Below are positions 27,191-36,999 of a stretch of 64,000 bases of DNA, piece after piece (position 1 is the stretch's first letter; every line of letters begins with the position of its first letter). This stretch comes from an uncultured Candidatus Saccharibacteria bacterium. GTDB taxonomy: Bacteria; Patescibacteriota; Minisyncoccia; Phycocordibacterales; CAZPGN01. A model generated the notes under the pieces. The model was not told the origin of the DNA and did no database searches. It worked only from the letters and a program-made list of their open reading frames with translations. A program made the position numbers and the translations under genes. Location: positions 8,945-72,944 of the forward strand of contig CAZPGN010000003.1 in the NCBI GenBank assembly GCA_964586635.1, in the 5' to 3' direction.

Positions 27191-28074
27191 GGCTTCTGCC
27201 CGATAATATTCACCCTGCCGCTCGTTTTGAAAACACTAAGCAAAAACGAGATTGGGGTTAACAGGGCTAGGGTAAGATAATTGTCGAGACGGAAAAACTT
27301 TGCCTCGAACCTATTTCGAAGCGAGAGAATTATATTATTCGGAGTTGCGTCAAATGAAACTCGCTTAACCGCAAACCCTGTCTCAACAAGAAGCGCTCCC
27401 AAATTTCTTCCCGAAAAGATAACGGTGTGTCGGGGCGCTTCGTATGGGTGCCAGTTAGCGCCGAACGCCCTCCGTTCGAGCGTATCGGAATTTGGAGTCT
27501 TGATGATGACGATGCCGCCCGGTCGTAAGATACGGAATACTTCGCGCATTGTGCCGCGAGGATCATAGAGGTGCTCTATAACATGACTCATTATAATCAC
27601 ATCGAGCGACTCGTCAGGCAAATGTGCATCCTCGAGAGTTCCCTCATGCATTTGAATTCCCTTGCTTCTTCCCAGCTCGCACATTTTCTTATTCAACTCA
27701 ACGCCTTGTATCCTGAATCCAAAAAAATCGCGCAACTGTAAAATGTATCTCCCCCACGATGCCCCCACCTCAAGCGCATCGCGGGCGCCAGGCAGATACT
27801 TCCGGATCATTCGCGCCTCGCGGCCGGTTCTCCATGCAACGAACATATCAACAATCATGTTTCGTCGTCCAAGAAATGGTTCATAAGAATCGAGGTAATA
27901 CTTCCCAATGTTTTCTTTCTGCGGACGCAGTGATTGAAAAATTACGCCGCAGTTCGTACACACCGAGTACTCGAATATTTCACCCGTTCTCGTATCCCGA
28001 TCAGCCATTCGAGCCATGAGCTCGTATTGATGGCTGGAACATATAGGGCAGGCCGTTAGTCTCTCTAATTGCAT
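27187..28074 (-). CDS. Class I SAM-dependent methyltransferase with N-terminal Zn-ribbon
   Basis: CPICSS...CTNCG zinc ribbon; EVGASWGRY methyltransferase motif I. Confidence 0.65.
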   Translation of the reverse strand: MQLERLTACPICSSHQYELMARMADRDTRTGEIFEYSVCTNCGVIFQSLRPQKENIGKYYLDSYEPFLGRRNMIVDMFVAWRTGREARMIRKYLPGARDALEVGASWGRYILQLRDFFGFRIQGVELNKKMCELGRSKGIQMHEGTLEDAHLPDESLDVIIMSHVIEHLYDPRGTMREVFRILRPGGIVIIKTPNSDTLERRAFGANWHPYEAPRHTVIFSGRNLGALLVETGFAVKRVSFDATPNNIILSLRNRFEAKFFRLDNYLTLALLTPISFLLSVFKTSGRVNIIGQKP

Positions 28075-29474
28075 GGTGCTTCAATAATATAACGAGTTAT
28101 GAGTTTAGCGACTTTCTTTGGCATATCGGAACCAATCGGTCCGCACATATATTCTCGCATGCGCTCACGCTCTGCGGACAAATGGTTCCTGTTTCGCAAG
28201 TACGTCTCTATATCCCGCTTGAGGTCGTCAAAACTGCGAGAAACGCTCATCGCGCCTATTTTGAAAACACGCTGGAAATGCTCCATGATCTCGAAGCGCC
28301 TAACCGAACGAGCAAAGGGCCGTTTGGAGTCTCCGTCAAATCCCGCGGCGATGACCGGGACATCGAGCGCCACTGCTTCAAGCGCGACTGTCGTGTAGAC
28401 GGAGACAACGGCATCGGCATGGCGCATGACATTGACGAACGATGCGCTGGATGGCACATCGACCCATAATTGTTGAACGAACACTCCTGCAAGTGGGTGG
28501 TTTTTGAACTGATTGTATTTCTTTTCATCGAACTCGCGGTCCTTGCTACGGCCGCCCGGATAGGGACGAATAACGACTCGGAATGATTTCCCAAACGCGC
28601 CCTGTTCTCCCCATGCAAGCATGCGTTCGATTATCTCCGGTTCGTCAGGGCAATACGAGCTTCCTGAAACATACAATACATAACGCGCGTCCATCGGGAA
28701 GCCAAGCATCGAAAGTGTCTCGTTCCGGCTCATAACGAGGTCCTTGTCTTGCATAAAGCTGAAATGCGGGTATCCGATTGTATGAATCACGCGAGGTTCA
28801 TAGCCTTGATGCAGGGTTGCCTGCTCGCGCATCTCCTCGCTCTGGACAAGGAGGGTATCCACATGGAACGGCAGATAGTATTTATCGAGATGGTCCCAGC
28901 CTGCAGGCATGCCCATTGTCCGAGTGCCGCGCCGTCTAGCTTCGGCGAGAAGATGCTGGTCAAACCATCCATAAAGATGGGAGGCGAACACAAGATCGGG
29001 TTTGTATTTTTCAAAACTATCTTTGAATGGCCGATCGGGATATGCGTGCAGAAAAGTCCATGGGACTATGCGCGACTTCATGAACGGTATGCGGCCGAAA
29101 ATATTAGCGATGCACCATTTGATCGGCGCAAGATATACTCTGCCACCAGCCGGAGGCTCATCTGCGCGAAGCGCTATGGTCGCAAGGAGACGCGTCGTGC
29201 CAGTATATATGAGATGAGAATAGAAGAAATAAAATAATTGCTGAAAAATACCCCGCGCGTTCGAGACATTTATCACTTCCTTCACATGCGTCCTACCGAG
29301 ACCCTCATCGATCGCCTCGGAGTACTTCGCGGCGTCTTTCGGAGGGATGAGTAGGACCATGTTGAATTTGTCCCCGCAATCAGAGAGTTTTTTGAGTTCA
29401 GAGAAAACCCCTTTTGGCCAAAAGAATAAGTTTCGATATACCGCTACAGTGGAGAGACTTATGAATATCGTCAT
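28065..29474 (-). CDS. TagB/TagF-like CDP-alcohol phosphotransferase family protein
   Basis: GMPAGWDHLDKYY...TIGYPHF motifs (TagF tGyPRnD-like). Confidence 0.5.
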   Translation of the reverse strand: MTIFISLSTVAVYRNLFFWPKGVFSELKKLSDCGDKFNMVLLIPPKDAAKYSEAIDEGLGRTHVKEVINVSNARGIFQQLFYFFYSHLIYTGTTRLLATIALRADEPPAGGRVYLAPIKWCIANIFGRIPFMKSRIVPWTFLHAYPDRPFKDSFEKYKPDLVFASHLYGWFDQHLLAEARRRGTRTMGMPAGWDHLDKYYLPFHVDTLLVQSEEMREQATLHQGYEPRVIHTIGYPHFSFMQDKDLVMSRNETLSMLGFPMDARYVLYVSGSSYCPDEPEIIERMLAWGEQGAFGKSFRVVIRPYPGGRSKDREFDEKKYNQFKNHPLAGVFVQQLWVDVPSSASFVNVMRHADAVVSVYTTVALEAVALDVPVIAAGFDGDSKRPFARSVRRFEIMEHFQRVFKIGAMSVSRSFDDLKRDIETYLRNRNHLSAERERMREYMCGPIGSDMPKKVAKLITRYIIEAPCN

Positions 29475-30961
29475 GGTTTCAAGCCAGCTATGGAAAGTAG
29501 GGCGTGCGCGGTGCGCATACCCGACCGTCCGTCAACAAACTGCGCCTGTTGGAGAACCAACTGTTTGCGTTCAGACCTCAAGCGAGCAGGGTCTTTCAAG
29601 TATGCGCAGAGTGCGCGCACGAACTCTTCCTTATCTGTGGCGAGCCAAATTGCATTCGTTGATTTAATGTCACGCAAGTGGTCCCAGTCAAAAAAACGCC
29701 GCGCAGAATTCCAGTAATTATAGGTACGGTACCCGTCAAATGCAATGCCGACGAGCGGCTTATCGAATATTGCCGCCTCAATGAAGAATGTCGAGTATAT
29801 GGTTATGACAATATCAGCATGGAATAGGCTATTCGCAAGGAAGGCTACTGCCTCCTCGTCCATTTCCCAGTCAGCTCGTCCCGTCCCGATGGAAGTGGTC
29901 GAGGCATGCGCCAAAAATCCGTAACGCGCGCGCATCTTTTCCAATTTTTCTTGGCCAAAATCAAATCGTGGATAGGGACGCAATAACACTTGAACATCTT
30001 CCCCGAGGAGATTTTCCGAGATGGCGCAGTGCAAAATATCGACGATATCTACATCGATATGCAGACCTGCCTTTCCTGAAAATGCGTATAGAATGAGTTT
30101 CTTGGACGGGTCACCGCCAATTTCACGCATAAAATCCTCCCGAGAACATATCGGAGGATGCTTAAAATAAAGGTCATATTGTAAAATACCGGTAACGATT
30201 ATTTTATCTTCGGGGTAATCACCAAGGTGGATTGCCTGATGCCGAATCATGTCGGTCTGAACTAATAGATGGTCGGGGTGCAGACGGAGCAGGGTCTTGC
30301 TATAAAAAGTATCCCAGCTAAAGATCATTCCTGCTGTGGCAATACCGGCTTTTTTTGCCTCTCGCATGAGACGATAATCCTCTCCCCACACCATCGTGGG
30401 ACAAAAAACAACATCGGGGGCATATTTCTTTAAGATCCCCGCAAATGTATTGCTCGGATATGCAAAATAAAAGGCTCTGAAAAACATCCGATACGGTCGC
30501 CCGATCCTGCCAACTATCCGAAAGAATCGCTTGAAGGAAAAGACACCGAGACGCCTAATGAACTGCAGCGGCGAATTTTTTTCGCCTCCGCGAAACAAAC
30601 CAGTCATCTGGTCCATATGCGAACGGCTTGTGACAATACTCGCCTGCTCGATCGTTTGAAAGAACTGCTCCGAATAAAGTCCGCGAATATCGGGACAAAT
30701 GTCAAAGACCACATTGGGCATGTTAAAGTGCGCCTTGTAATAATCGAGCTTCTGTCGGTGCGCGAGCAATACGAGACGAACATCTGTCCGCGAAGAGAGA
30801 ATTCGAAATGCCTCGGTACGAAGAAAGTTCCGAGCAAAAAAATTATTCCCAATGGGGATTAAAAAGGTCGTCTGTTTTTTCATGACGCGACTCCAGCAGT
30901 GGCCGCAATGAGCGCTCCCGCAAGGCGTTCGCTCGCTCTGCCATCCGAATGCGAATGCCAT
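29471..30961 (-). CDS. TagB/TagF-like CDP-alcohol phosphotransferase family protein
   Basis: MIFSWDTFYSK...TGILQYDLY motifs. The start is probably the internal M (MKKQTTFLIP, ~30883). Confidence 0.5.
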   Translation of the reverse strand: MAFAFGWQSERTPCGSAHCGHCWSRVMKKQTTFLIPIGNNFFARNFLRTEAFRILSSRTDVRLVLLAHRQKLDYYKAHFNMPNVVFDICPDIRGLYSEQFFQTIEQASIVTSRSHMDQMTGLFRGGEKNSPLQFIRRLGVFSFKRFFRIVGRIGRPYRMFFRAFYFAYPSNTFAGILKKYAPDVVFCPTMVWGEDYRLMREAKKAGIATAGMIFSWDTFYSKTLLRLHPDHLLVQTDMIRHQAIHLGDYPEDKIIVTGILQYDLYFKHPPICSREDFMREIGGDPSKKLILYAFSGKAGLHIDVDIVDILHCAISENLLGEDVQVLLRPYPRFDFGQEKLEKMRARYGFLAHASTTSIGTGRADWEMDEEAVAFLANSLFHADIVITIYSTFFIEAAIFDKPLVGIAFDGYRTYNYWNSARRFFDWDHLRDIKSTNAIWLATDKEEFVRALCAYLKDPARLRSERKQLVLQQAQFVDGRSGMRTAHALLSIAGLKP

Positions 30962-32229
30962 CTGCCGCGAATCCGCGCGCGCCCATCACTATCTAACTCT
31001 GGACTAGTGAAATAGTCACTGATGGCTAGCCGAAGCTCTTCGATACTTCTCACATGCCGTATGCCGCCTGTGGCTAGCACTTTTTGAATATGGGCAAATT
31101 TAAAATTAAAAATCGATTCGCAGAAATCGTACGGGCGATGATATATCTCAACCATTATCGAAGGTTTATCTATGAGTACGGCATCGACGGGGATGCTTGT
31201 CGGACCGCTTATTACAATATCTGCGTGATAGAGTGAATCAACAAGACACTGGTCGTCTTCGCGGCTGATCTCCTGATCCGTCACTCTATCTTTTTTGAAA
31301 CCAACCCCGGGTTGGTCAAACGCAACATTGGGAGGTTTCTTAAAACTTTCCCCTATACAGACACCAACCGACGGAGGAAATCTTACGAGTATGCTTGCGC
31401 ATAGAGTACCCAGAAATTCGATAATGGGCTGGTCGACATCGTTTTGACGAATAAGCATATCGCTTATGGGTGCGTACAGAAGAAGTTTCTTCTCTGGGTC
31501 CAAGTTAAACCGTCTACAAAACTCTTCCCTTGTCGTGGACGGCCCAGAAAGATACTTGTCATAACGAGGATCACCTGTTATAAAAATCCGCGCTCTCGGA
31601 TACTGATAGAGCTCTGCAACCTCGTCGGCGAGCAATTGCGAGCCGACAATGAGACGGTCCGGCATCACCCGTAGTATTCTCTGGGTCGGGTTGTCCCATG
31701 ACCGCACCATACCTACGACGAGCACGCCTCGGCGCCTCGCGTCCTGCATCAGACTGACATCGTTCTCGTTCTGAATGTCTGTCGAAAATACGGCGTCTGG
31801 TTTATGCACATCCAGGATATGCCGAAAAAAGTCGCGCGGTGATAATGCGTGATCGAGCGCGCGCAACATCCGTCGAGCGATGTTTGACCGTCCGACGAAG
31901 CCGAAAAAGCGACTTATTGCGTAATGGATGTACTTTCCACGACAGTAATATTCATATTTCTTTCGCGTACGGGCTGTCTCCGTATTGAACAAATAAAAAG
32001 AGAGTCGCTTGAAGAAAATTCCACGGCGTGTGCGCGATGCGCCATAGAGAGGAACGCCCTCAATAACAATATTCTTGGCGCTGAATGTTTTTTGAAAATA
32101 CGGAACCTTGTAATCGGCCGTCACAATAACGACCCGCACCCCCGCATCCACTATGCGCGCAAGAAATGGAGTGAGGAGGATATTTCTCGAAATATGTGGG
32201 TGAAAACTTGAAATAACGACTGTTTTCAT
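30880..32229 (-). CDS. TagB/TagF-like CDP-alcohol phosphotransferase family protein
   Basis: MVRSWDNPTQR...TGDPRYDKY motifs. Confidence 0.5.
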   Translation of the reverse strand: MKTVVISSFHPHISRNILLTPFLARIVDAGVRVVIVTADYKVPYFQKTFSAKNIVIEGVPLYGASRTRRGIFFKRLSFYLFNTETARTRKKYEYYCRGKYIHYAISRFFGFVGRSNIARRMLRALDHALSPRDFFRHILDVHKPDAVFSTDIQNENDVSLMQDARRRGVLVVGMVRSWDNPTQRILRVMPDRLIVGSQLLADEVAELYQYPRARIFITGDPRYDKYLSGPSTTREEFCRRFNLDPEKKLLLYAPISDMLIRQNDVDQPIIEFLGTLCASILVRFPPSVGVCIGESFKKPPNVAFDQPGVGFKKDRVTDQEISREDDQCLVDSLYHADIVISGPTSIPVDAVLIDKPSIMVEIYHRPYDFCESIFNFKFAHIQKVLATGGIRHVRSIEELRLAISDYFTSPELDSDGRARIRGRWHSHSDGRASERLAGALIAATAGVAS

Positions 32230-32251
32230 ATAGATTACAGACTACTATATC

Positions 32252-33196
32252 ATGAGAAATCTCATATCGGTGGTGGTCCCAATCTTCAATGAAGCGCCGT
32301 CTCTTCCCGAATTGCACCGACGATTGACGGGCGTTTTGCGCCCACTTCACACCCCATTCGAGTTAGTGTTTGTGGATGACGGTTCCACTGACGATACGCG
32401 GCAGACGCTCTCCACTCTGACCCCGCTTCGAGCCATACATCTGAAAAGGAACTACGGCCAAACCATCGCCCTGGCGACTGGCATAGAATCGGCCCGCGGC
32501 GATACGATAATAGTGATAGACGGAGATCTCGAGAATGACCCGGACGACATACCTAGACTGCTTAAAAAAATGGATGAGGGGTATGATGTAGTGTCGGGTT
32601 GGCGACAGAGGCGTTGGGAAAATGCGGCGTTCAGGCGACGCCTTCCTTCTCTTGTCGCCAATTACGCGATCGCTCGCTTGAGCGGGCTCGCGATCCACGA
32701 TTTTGGATGCACGCTGAAAGCATACCGAGCGGAGTTTCTGAAAAACATACCGTTCTCTGGGAACATGCACCGCCTACTGCTCGCATATGTCGCGAGACAA
32801 GGCGCGAAGATAATCGAAATTCCGGTAAACTTCACACCGCGGAAACATGGAACCTCTCACTACGGGGCGAAGCGCATACTCGAGGTTCCGATTGATATGC
32901 TCGCCTACTATTTTTTTGAAAAATACCACAATCGACCGCTATACTTTTTCGGCGCCGCGGGCTTCATTTCATTTTCCCTTTCTATCCTCGTATTTATTCT
33001 GATGCTCGTTCTCCGTTTCTATGGCGGTCTAACCTTCATTCAAACCCCACTCCCGATTTTGGCGGTGTTCTTTGCAATGATCGCGGCGCAGTTCGTTCTC
33101 ATGGGTCTCATTGCCGAACTGGTATATCGCTTCTCAAAGCATGACCGACCGATCGCAATCCGCGAATATATTAAGGACGAGGCCTCGCGCGGATAG
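32252..33196 (+). CDS. GT2 polyprenyl-phosphate glycosyltransferase (GtrB/ArnC/DPM1-like) with C-terminal TM helices
   Basis: ISVVVPIFNEAPSL...VFVDDGSTDDT, DxD motif VIDGDLEND, two C-terminal TM helices. Confidence 0.75.
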   Translation: MRNLISVVVPIFNEAPSLPELHRRLTGVLRPLHTPFELVFVDDGSTDDTRQTLSTLTPLRAIHLKRNYGQTIALATGIESARGDTIIVIDGDLENDPDDIPRLLKKMDEGYDVVSGWRQRRWENAAFRRRLPSLVANYAIARLSGLAIHDFGCTLKAYRAEFLKNIPFSGNMHRLLLAYVARQGAKIIEIPVNFTPRKHGTSHYGAKRILEVPIDMLAYYFFEKYHNRPLYFFGAAGFISFSLSILVFILMLVLRFYGGLTFIQTPLPILAVFFAMIAAQFVLMGLIAELVYRFSKHDRPIAIREYIKDEASRG

Positions 33197-33198
33197 AT

Positions 33199-35052
33199 AT
33201 GTGCGGTATCGCTGGATTTACTGGAAAAGGAACTCGTGAGACGCTAACGGAAATGACCCGTTCGCTCCGCTACCGAGGACCCGATGAAGAAGGATATTTT
33301 GTCGGGGGAGGAATTTCGCTCGGACATCGCCGCTTGTCTATCATAGACCTTTCAACTGGGTCCCAGCCCATCTTCAATGAAGACAGAACAGTGGCCGTGG
33401 TGTTCAATGGTGAGATCTACAACTTTCGTGCCCTCCGAAAAAGACTCGAGGGGGGACATTCATTCTATACAAATACCGATACGGAAATTCTCGTACATCT
33501 GTATGAAGAAAAGGGTATCCGTTTTGTAGAAGATCTCGAGGGAATGTTTGCGATAGCGCTCTGGGACGAATCGAAAAAGATGCTCGTGCTCGCACGCGAC
33601 CGATTCGGTGAAAAACCCCTGTACTACGGCGAAGTGAACGGGGCCCTCGTTTTCGGTTCTGAATTGAAAGCGCTTCTCGCGCATCCCGAGATCCGAAAGG
33701 CGCGCTCGCTCGACACAAACGCCCTCGCAAAATACTTCTTATACGAGTATGTCCCCTCGCCGCAAACTATTTTCCAGGGATTATTCAAACTCCCCGCCGC
33801 GCACATTCTGACCCATATGGCGGGTATAACAAGCATCTCGCGTTACTTTACTGTTCTCGAAAACTTCGGCGCCGAACAGTCCACAAATCCGGCGGAGCTC
33901 GACGAAAAGCTCGATGCCTCTGTAAAAAAGATGCTTGTCGCGGATGTGCCGCTCGGAGTGTGGCTTTCGGGCGGTCTTGATTCAAGCACCGTTGCATATT
34001 ATACCAAGAAGAACTCCACACAGCAGATCAGAACTTTCTCCATCGGCTTTAAGGAATCTTCGTTCGATGAATCGAAATACGCCGAGCGTGCAGCGGAGAA
34101 ACTTGGCACCCTTCATTCAAAAAAAATATTCGCCGCCAACGAATTACTGGCGGCGATCCCCACGATATACTCAAAACTGGACGAGCCTCTGGCAGACCCG
34201 TCGCTCCTGCCAACATTCTTGCTCGCTCAATTTTCGCGCGAATCCGTAACGGTGGTTCTTGGCGGCGATGGAGGAGATGAACTTTTTATGGGATACCCGA
34301 CATTCCAAGCGGAGCGCCTAGCTCAATCGTACGCGAACATTCCGCGTTCAATCCGCGCAATGATACAAAGAAGTGCAGGAAAACTCCCAACATCACTGCG
34401 ATATATGAGCCTTGATTTCAAGCTCAAGAAATTCACCAGCTTTGCCGACTATCCGTTCGAGATACGCAACCAACTCTGGATCGGGGCTTTCAGCGGACAA
34501 GAGATCGGAAAACTCCTCAAGAACCCAATCGATGAGGAAATGCTTTTCCAGGATATTCGAAGAGAATTGCCGGCACTCCATTCGCTTGATAATTTCGAAC
34601 GCTTGAGTTATCTCTACCTGACTCACTATATGCAGGACGATATCCTTGTAAAATCCGACCGCGCAAGCATGTATAATTCGCTAGAAGTTCGCGCGCCGTT
34701 CCTGGACCATATCTTGGCGTCTTTTGTATTTTCGCTCCCGCGGAGAGAGAAGTTGCGGGGTTTTCGCACAAAACATGTCCTCAAAAAACTGATGGCCCCG
34801 AGGATTGGTTCGGATCTCGCTTATCGAAAAAAACAAGGCTTCCAACCGCCGATCGCCAGGTGGCTCAAATACGAACTTCTCCCGCTTATGGAACAACACC
34901 TTGGCGAGGATCGGTTGGAGCAACAAGGTCTCTTTAATGCGGCGTATGTCCAGAAGCTCGTGAGAGAGCACCGAGATGGCAAGGCAGACCATCGAAAGAA
35001 GCTGTGGTCGCTTCTTGTATTTCAGCTCTGGAACGAACAGTTTAATGCTTGA
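33199..35052 (+). CDS. Asparagine synthase (glutamine-hydrolysing)-family amidotransferase (AsnB-like, likely glycan amidotransferase)
   Basis: MCGIAGF N-terminal nucleophile; PP-loop SGGLDSS. Confidence 0.75.
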   Translation: MCGIAGFTGKGTRETLTEMTRSLRYRGPDEEGYFVGGGISLGHRRLSIIDLSTGSQPIFNEDRTVAVVFNGEIYNFRALRKRLEGGHSFYTNTDTEILVHLYEEKGIRFVEDLEGMFAIALWDESKKMLVLARDRFGEKPLYYGEVNGALVFGSELKALLAHPEIRKARSLDTNALAKYFLYEYVPSPQTIFQGLFKLPAAHILTHMAGITSISRYFTVLENFGAEQSTNPAELDEKLDASVKKMLVADVPLGVWLSGGLDSSTVAYYTKKNSTQQIRTFSIGFKESSFDESKYAERAAEKLGTLHSKKIFAANELLAAIPTIYSKLDEPLADPSLLPTFLLAQFSRESVTVVLGGDGGDELFMGYPTFQAERLAQSYANIPRSIRAMIQRSAGKLPTSLRYMSLDFKLKKFTSFADYPFEIRNQLWIGAFSGQEIGKLLKNPIDEEMLFQDIRRELPALHSLDNFERLSYLYLTHYMQDDILVKSDRASMYNSLEVRAPFLDHILASFVFSLPRREKLRGFRTKHVLKKLMAPRIGSDLAYRKKQGFQPPIARWLKYELLPLMEQHLGEDRLEQQGLFNAAYVQKLVREHRDGKADHRKKLWSLLVFQLWNEQFNA

Positions 35053-35845
35053 AAACATGGATCGCCGCATTGCATCGATATTATTGGGGGATCGTAAGTA
35101 TTCCGAGATGGACGGCAAACTCTTTTTCATTAAACCCGTAGGAGATATCGACTCCGTAAAGGTTTTCTTGAAGAAATTCCCTCGCATCTACGAAACGCTC
35201 ATTTATGTAACGACCACCATCTTTTTTTATGGCATGAGCGCCGAAGAAGCCATGAGAAAAGCGTATGGCGACATACGGGACAGAAAGATTATCGTGAATC
35301 TCGGTTCGGGGACAAGTGATTTTGCAGGCGGAGTGATAAACGTTGACGCATTCCCCTATCCATCAGTGAACATCGTCGCAGACGCAACCCGCCTACCATT
35401 CAAAGACGCCTCGGTAGATATGGTCATTTCGGAGTCGATGCTAGAACATGTCCCACTGCCAGAACGCGCCATCGCTGAAATGCGAAGGATCATTAAGCCG
35501 GGTGGTTACCTTTATCTTGAACTGCCCTTCATGTATCCATACCACGCCTCTCCGAAAGACTTCACGCGATTCACCATAGAGGGACTTTCCGAGGAACTCG
35601 GTGATTCTTTTGAAATAGTGGCGGCTGGCGCCCGTTCGGGCCCGTTTTCTGCGCTCATAATTCAGGCAATGTACGCTCTGTCGCTTTTGCTTTCGCTCGG
35701 CTCTAAAAGAGCATACTCCCTCCTGCTTCAGATCTGCATGGTGGCCCTTGCTCCACTCAAAGTATTCGACTTCTTCTATATTCCACTGGAGGACTCCCAT
35801 GAGGCCGCAAGTCATATTTACTTCTTCGCCAAAAAACGCAGGTAA
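35045..35845 (+). CDS. Class I SAM-dependent methyltransferase (Methyltransf_11-like)
   Basis: VNLGSGTSDF motif I. The ATG overlaps the asnB-like stop (ATGCTTGA). The ORF-track start at 34976 is probably too early. Confidence 0.6.
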   Translation: MLENMDRRIASILLGDRKYSEMDGKLFFIKPVGDIDSVKVFLKKFPRIYETLIYVTTTIFFYGMSAEEAMRKAYGDIRDRKIIVNLGSGTSDFAGGVINVDAFPYPSVNIVADATRLPFKDASVDMVISESMLEHVPLPERAIAEMRRIIKPGGYLYLELPFMYPYHASPKDFTRFTIEGLSEELGDSFEIVAAGARSGPFSALIIQAMYALSLLLSLGSKRAYSLLLQICMVALAPLKVFDFFYIPLEDSHEAASHIYFFAKKRR

Positions 35846-36999
35846 ACGGAGACGAGCGAATCCCCAATCAAATCCCACGAATATCGAGATCCGATATTCT
35901 TTTTTTGTCGTTCCGTCATTTCAATGATTTTTTTCGGTTCTGCATCCAAAACGCCGCTCACGAGCCTCGCTTGTGCGGGAAGACTCGCGCTTTTATCGAG
36001 GTAGAAAGCATCCTCGCCGAGAATAGATCTGTTTGAGGCATGGTCATAACAAATGACCGGCAATCCCGCGGCGGCATAATTGAACAATTTTCCGTTTCCC
36101 TCCGATGTGTCCGCTTTCAGTGACACGGCAACATCTCCCAAAGCGAGATAGTTGTAGATGCACTCATAATCCACCCTTCCAGTTACGACTACGCATTCGG
36201 CGATGCCGAGCGAATCGGCCATGCGCCTATACGCATCTGCATGCGGATAACCCATGAGAAGCAGTATGAAATCATTGCGCAACACTCGCAGACCCGCGAC
36301 CAGATTGAGTAGTTTGTCCGTCCCCTCGAGTACGCTAAGCGTCCCCAAATAAACGATAACTTTTTTATCCTCCAGTATTCCGTACCTCTGGCGCAATTCC
36401 TGGACGGCGGCATTATCCACGCGGAGCATTTCTGTTCGTATCCCGTCTGGAATGAGCGATATCTTTGATGGATCTAGACCGAATTGCAAAGCTAGCACGC
36501 TTTGATTATTTTGATTGCTTACTATAATCGCGTTAGACAGACGATAAATAAACCTCTCGAGTCCGAAAAGAATGCGAAACGAGAGCGACTTTGGATGAAC
36601 ATGTCCCATGGAGACCAATTGGTCGGTAAGACTTCCCTGACTATCAAGCACTACCGCGCCACCAAAAATACTTCGCACTGGGAACGCAATGAGCGCCCCT
36701 TCGTGCGCATGCGCGTGTATAATATCCGGCCTGAAAGCGCGAGCAGTCTGGAGCGAACGAAACAGGAGAAAAAAATCGAGGTATATCTTATGCCAGCTTG
36801 GGCCTGGCTCCATCTTTTGATACCAGAAAAAGTTCGGTGTTCGGATGACCGAAAGACCCATAACATCCGAGCCGATGTGATAGGTAACGATCTTCACTTC
36901 GTGTCCGTGCTCCGACAGAAATTTTGCCTGCTCAAATATCCTCACATGACATCCTCTGTCGTAGAAAAAAGGAGTCGGGGCTATTACCAGTATCTTCAT
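35818..36999 (-). CDS. Glycosyltransferase family 4 (GT-B)
   Basis: MKILVIAPTPFFYDRGCHVRI; C-terminal Glycos_transf_1 domain. Confidence 0.7.
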   Translation of the reverse strand: MKILVIAPTPFFYDRGCHVRIFEQAKFLSEHGHEVKIVTYHIGSDVMGLSVIRTPNFFWYQKMEPGPSWHKIYLDFFLLFRSLQTARAFRPDIIHAHAHEGALIAFPVRSIFGGAVVLDSQGSLTDQLVSMGHVHPKSLSFRILFGLERFIYRLSNAIIVSNQNNQSVLALQFGLDPSKISLIPDGIRTEMLRVDNAAVQELRQRYGILEDKKVIVYLGTLSVLEGTDKLLNLVAGLRVLRNDFILLLMGYPHADAYRRMADSLGIAECVVVTGRVDYECIYNYLALGDVAVSLKADTSEGNGKLFNYAAAGLPVICYDHASNRSILGEDAFYLDKSASLPAQARLVSGVLDAEPKKIIEMTERQKKNIGSRYSWDLIGDSLVSVYLRFLAKK

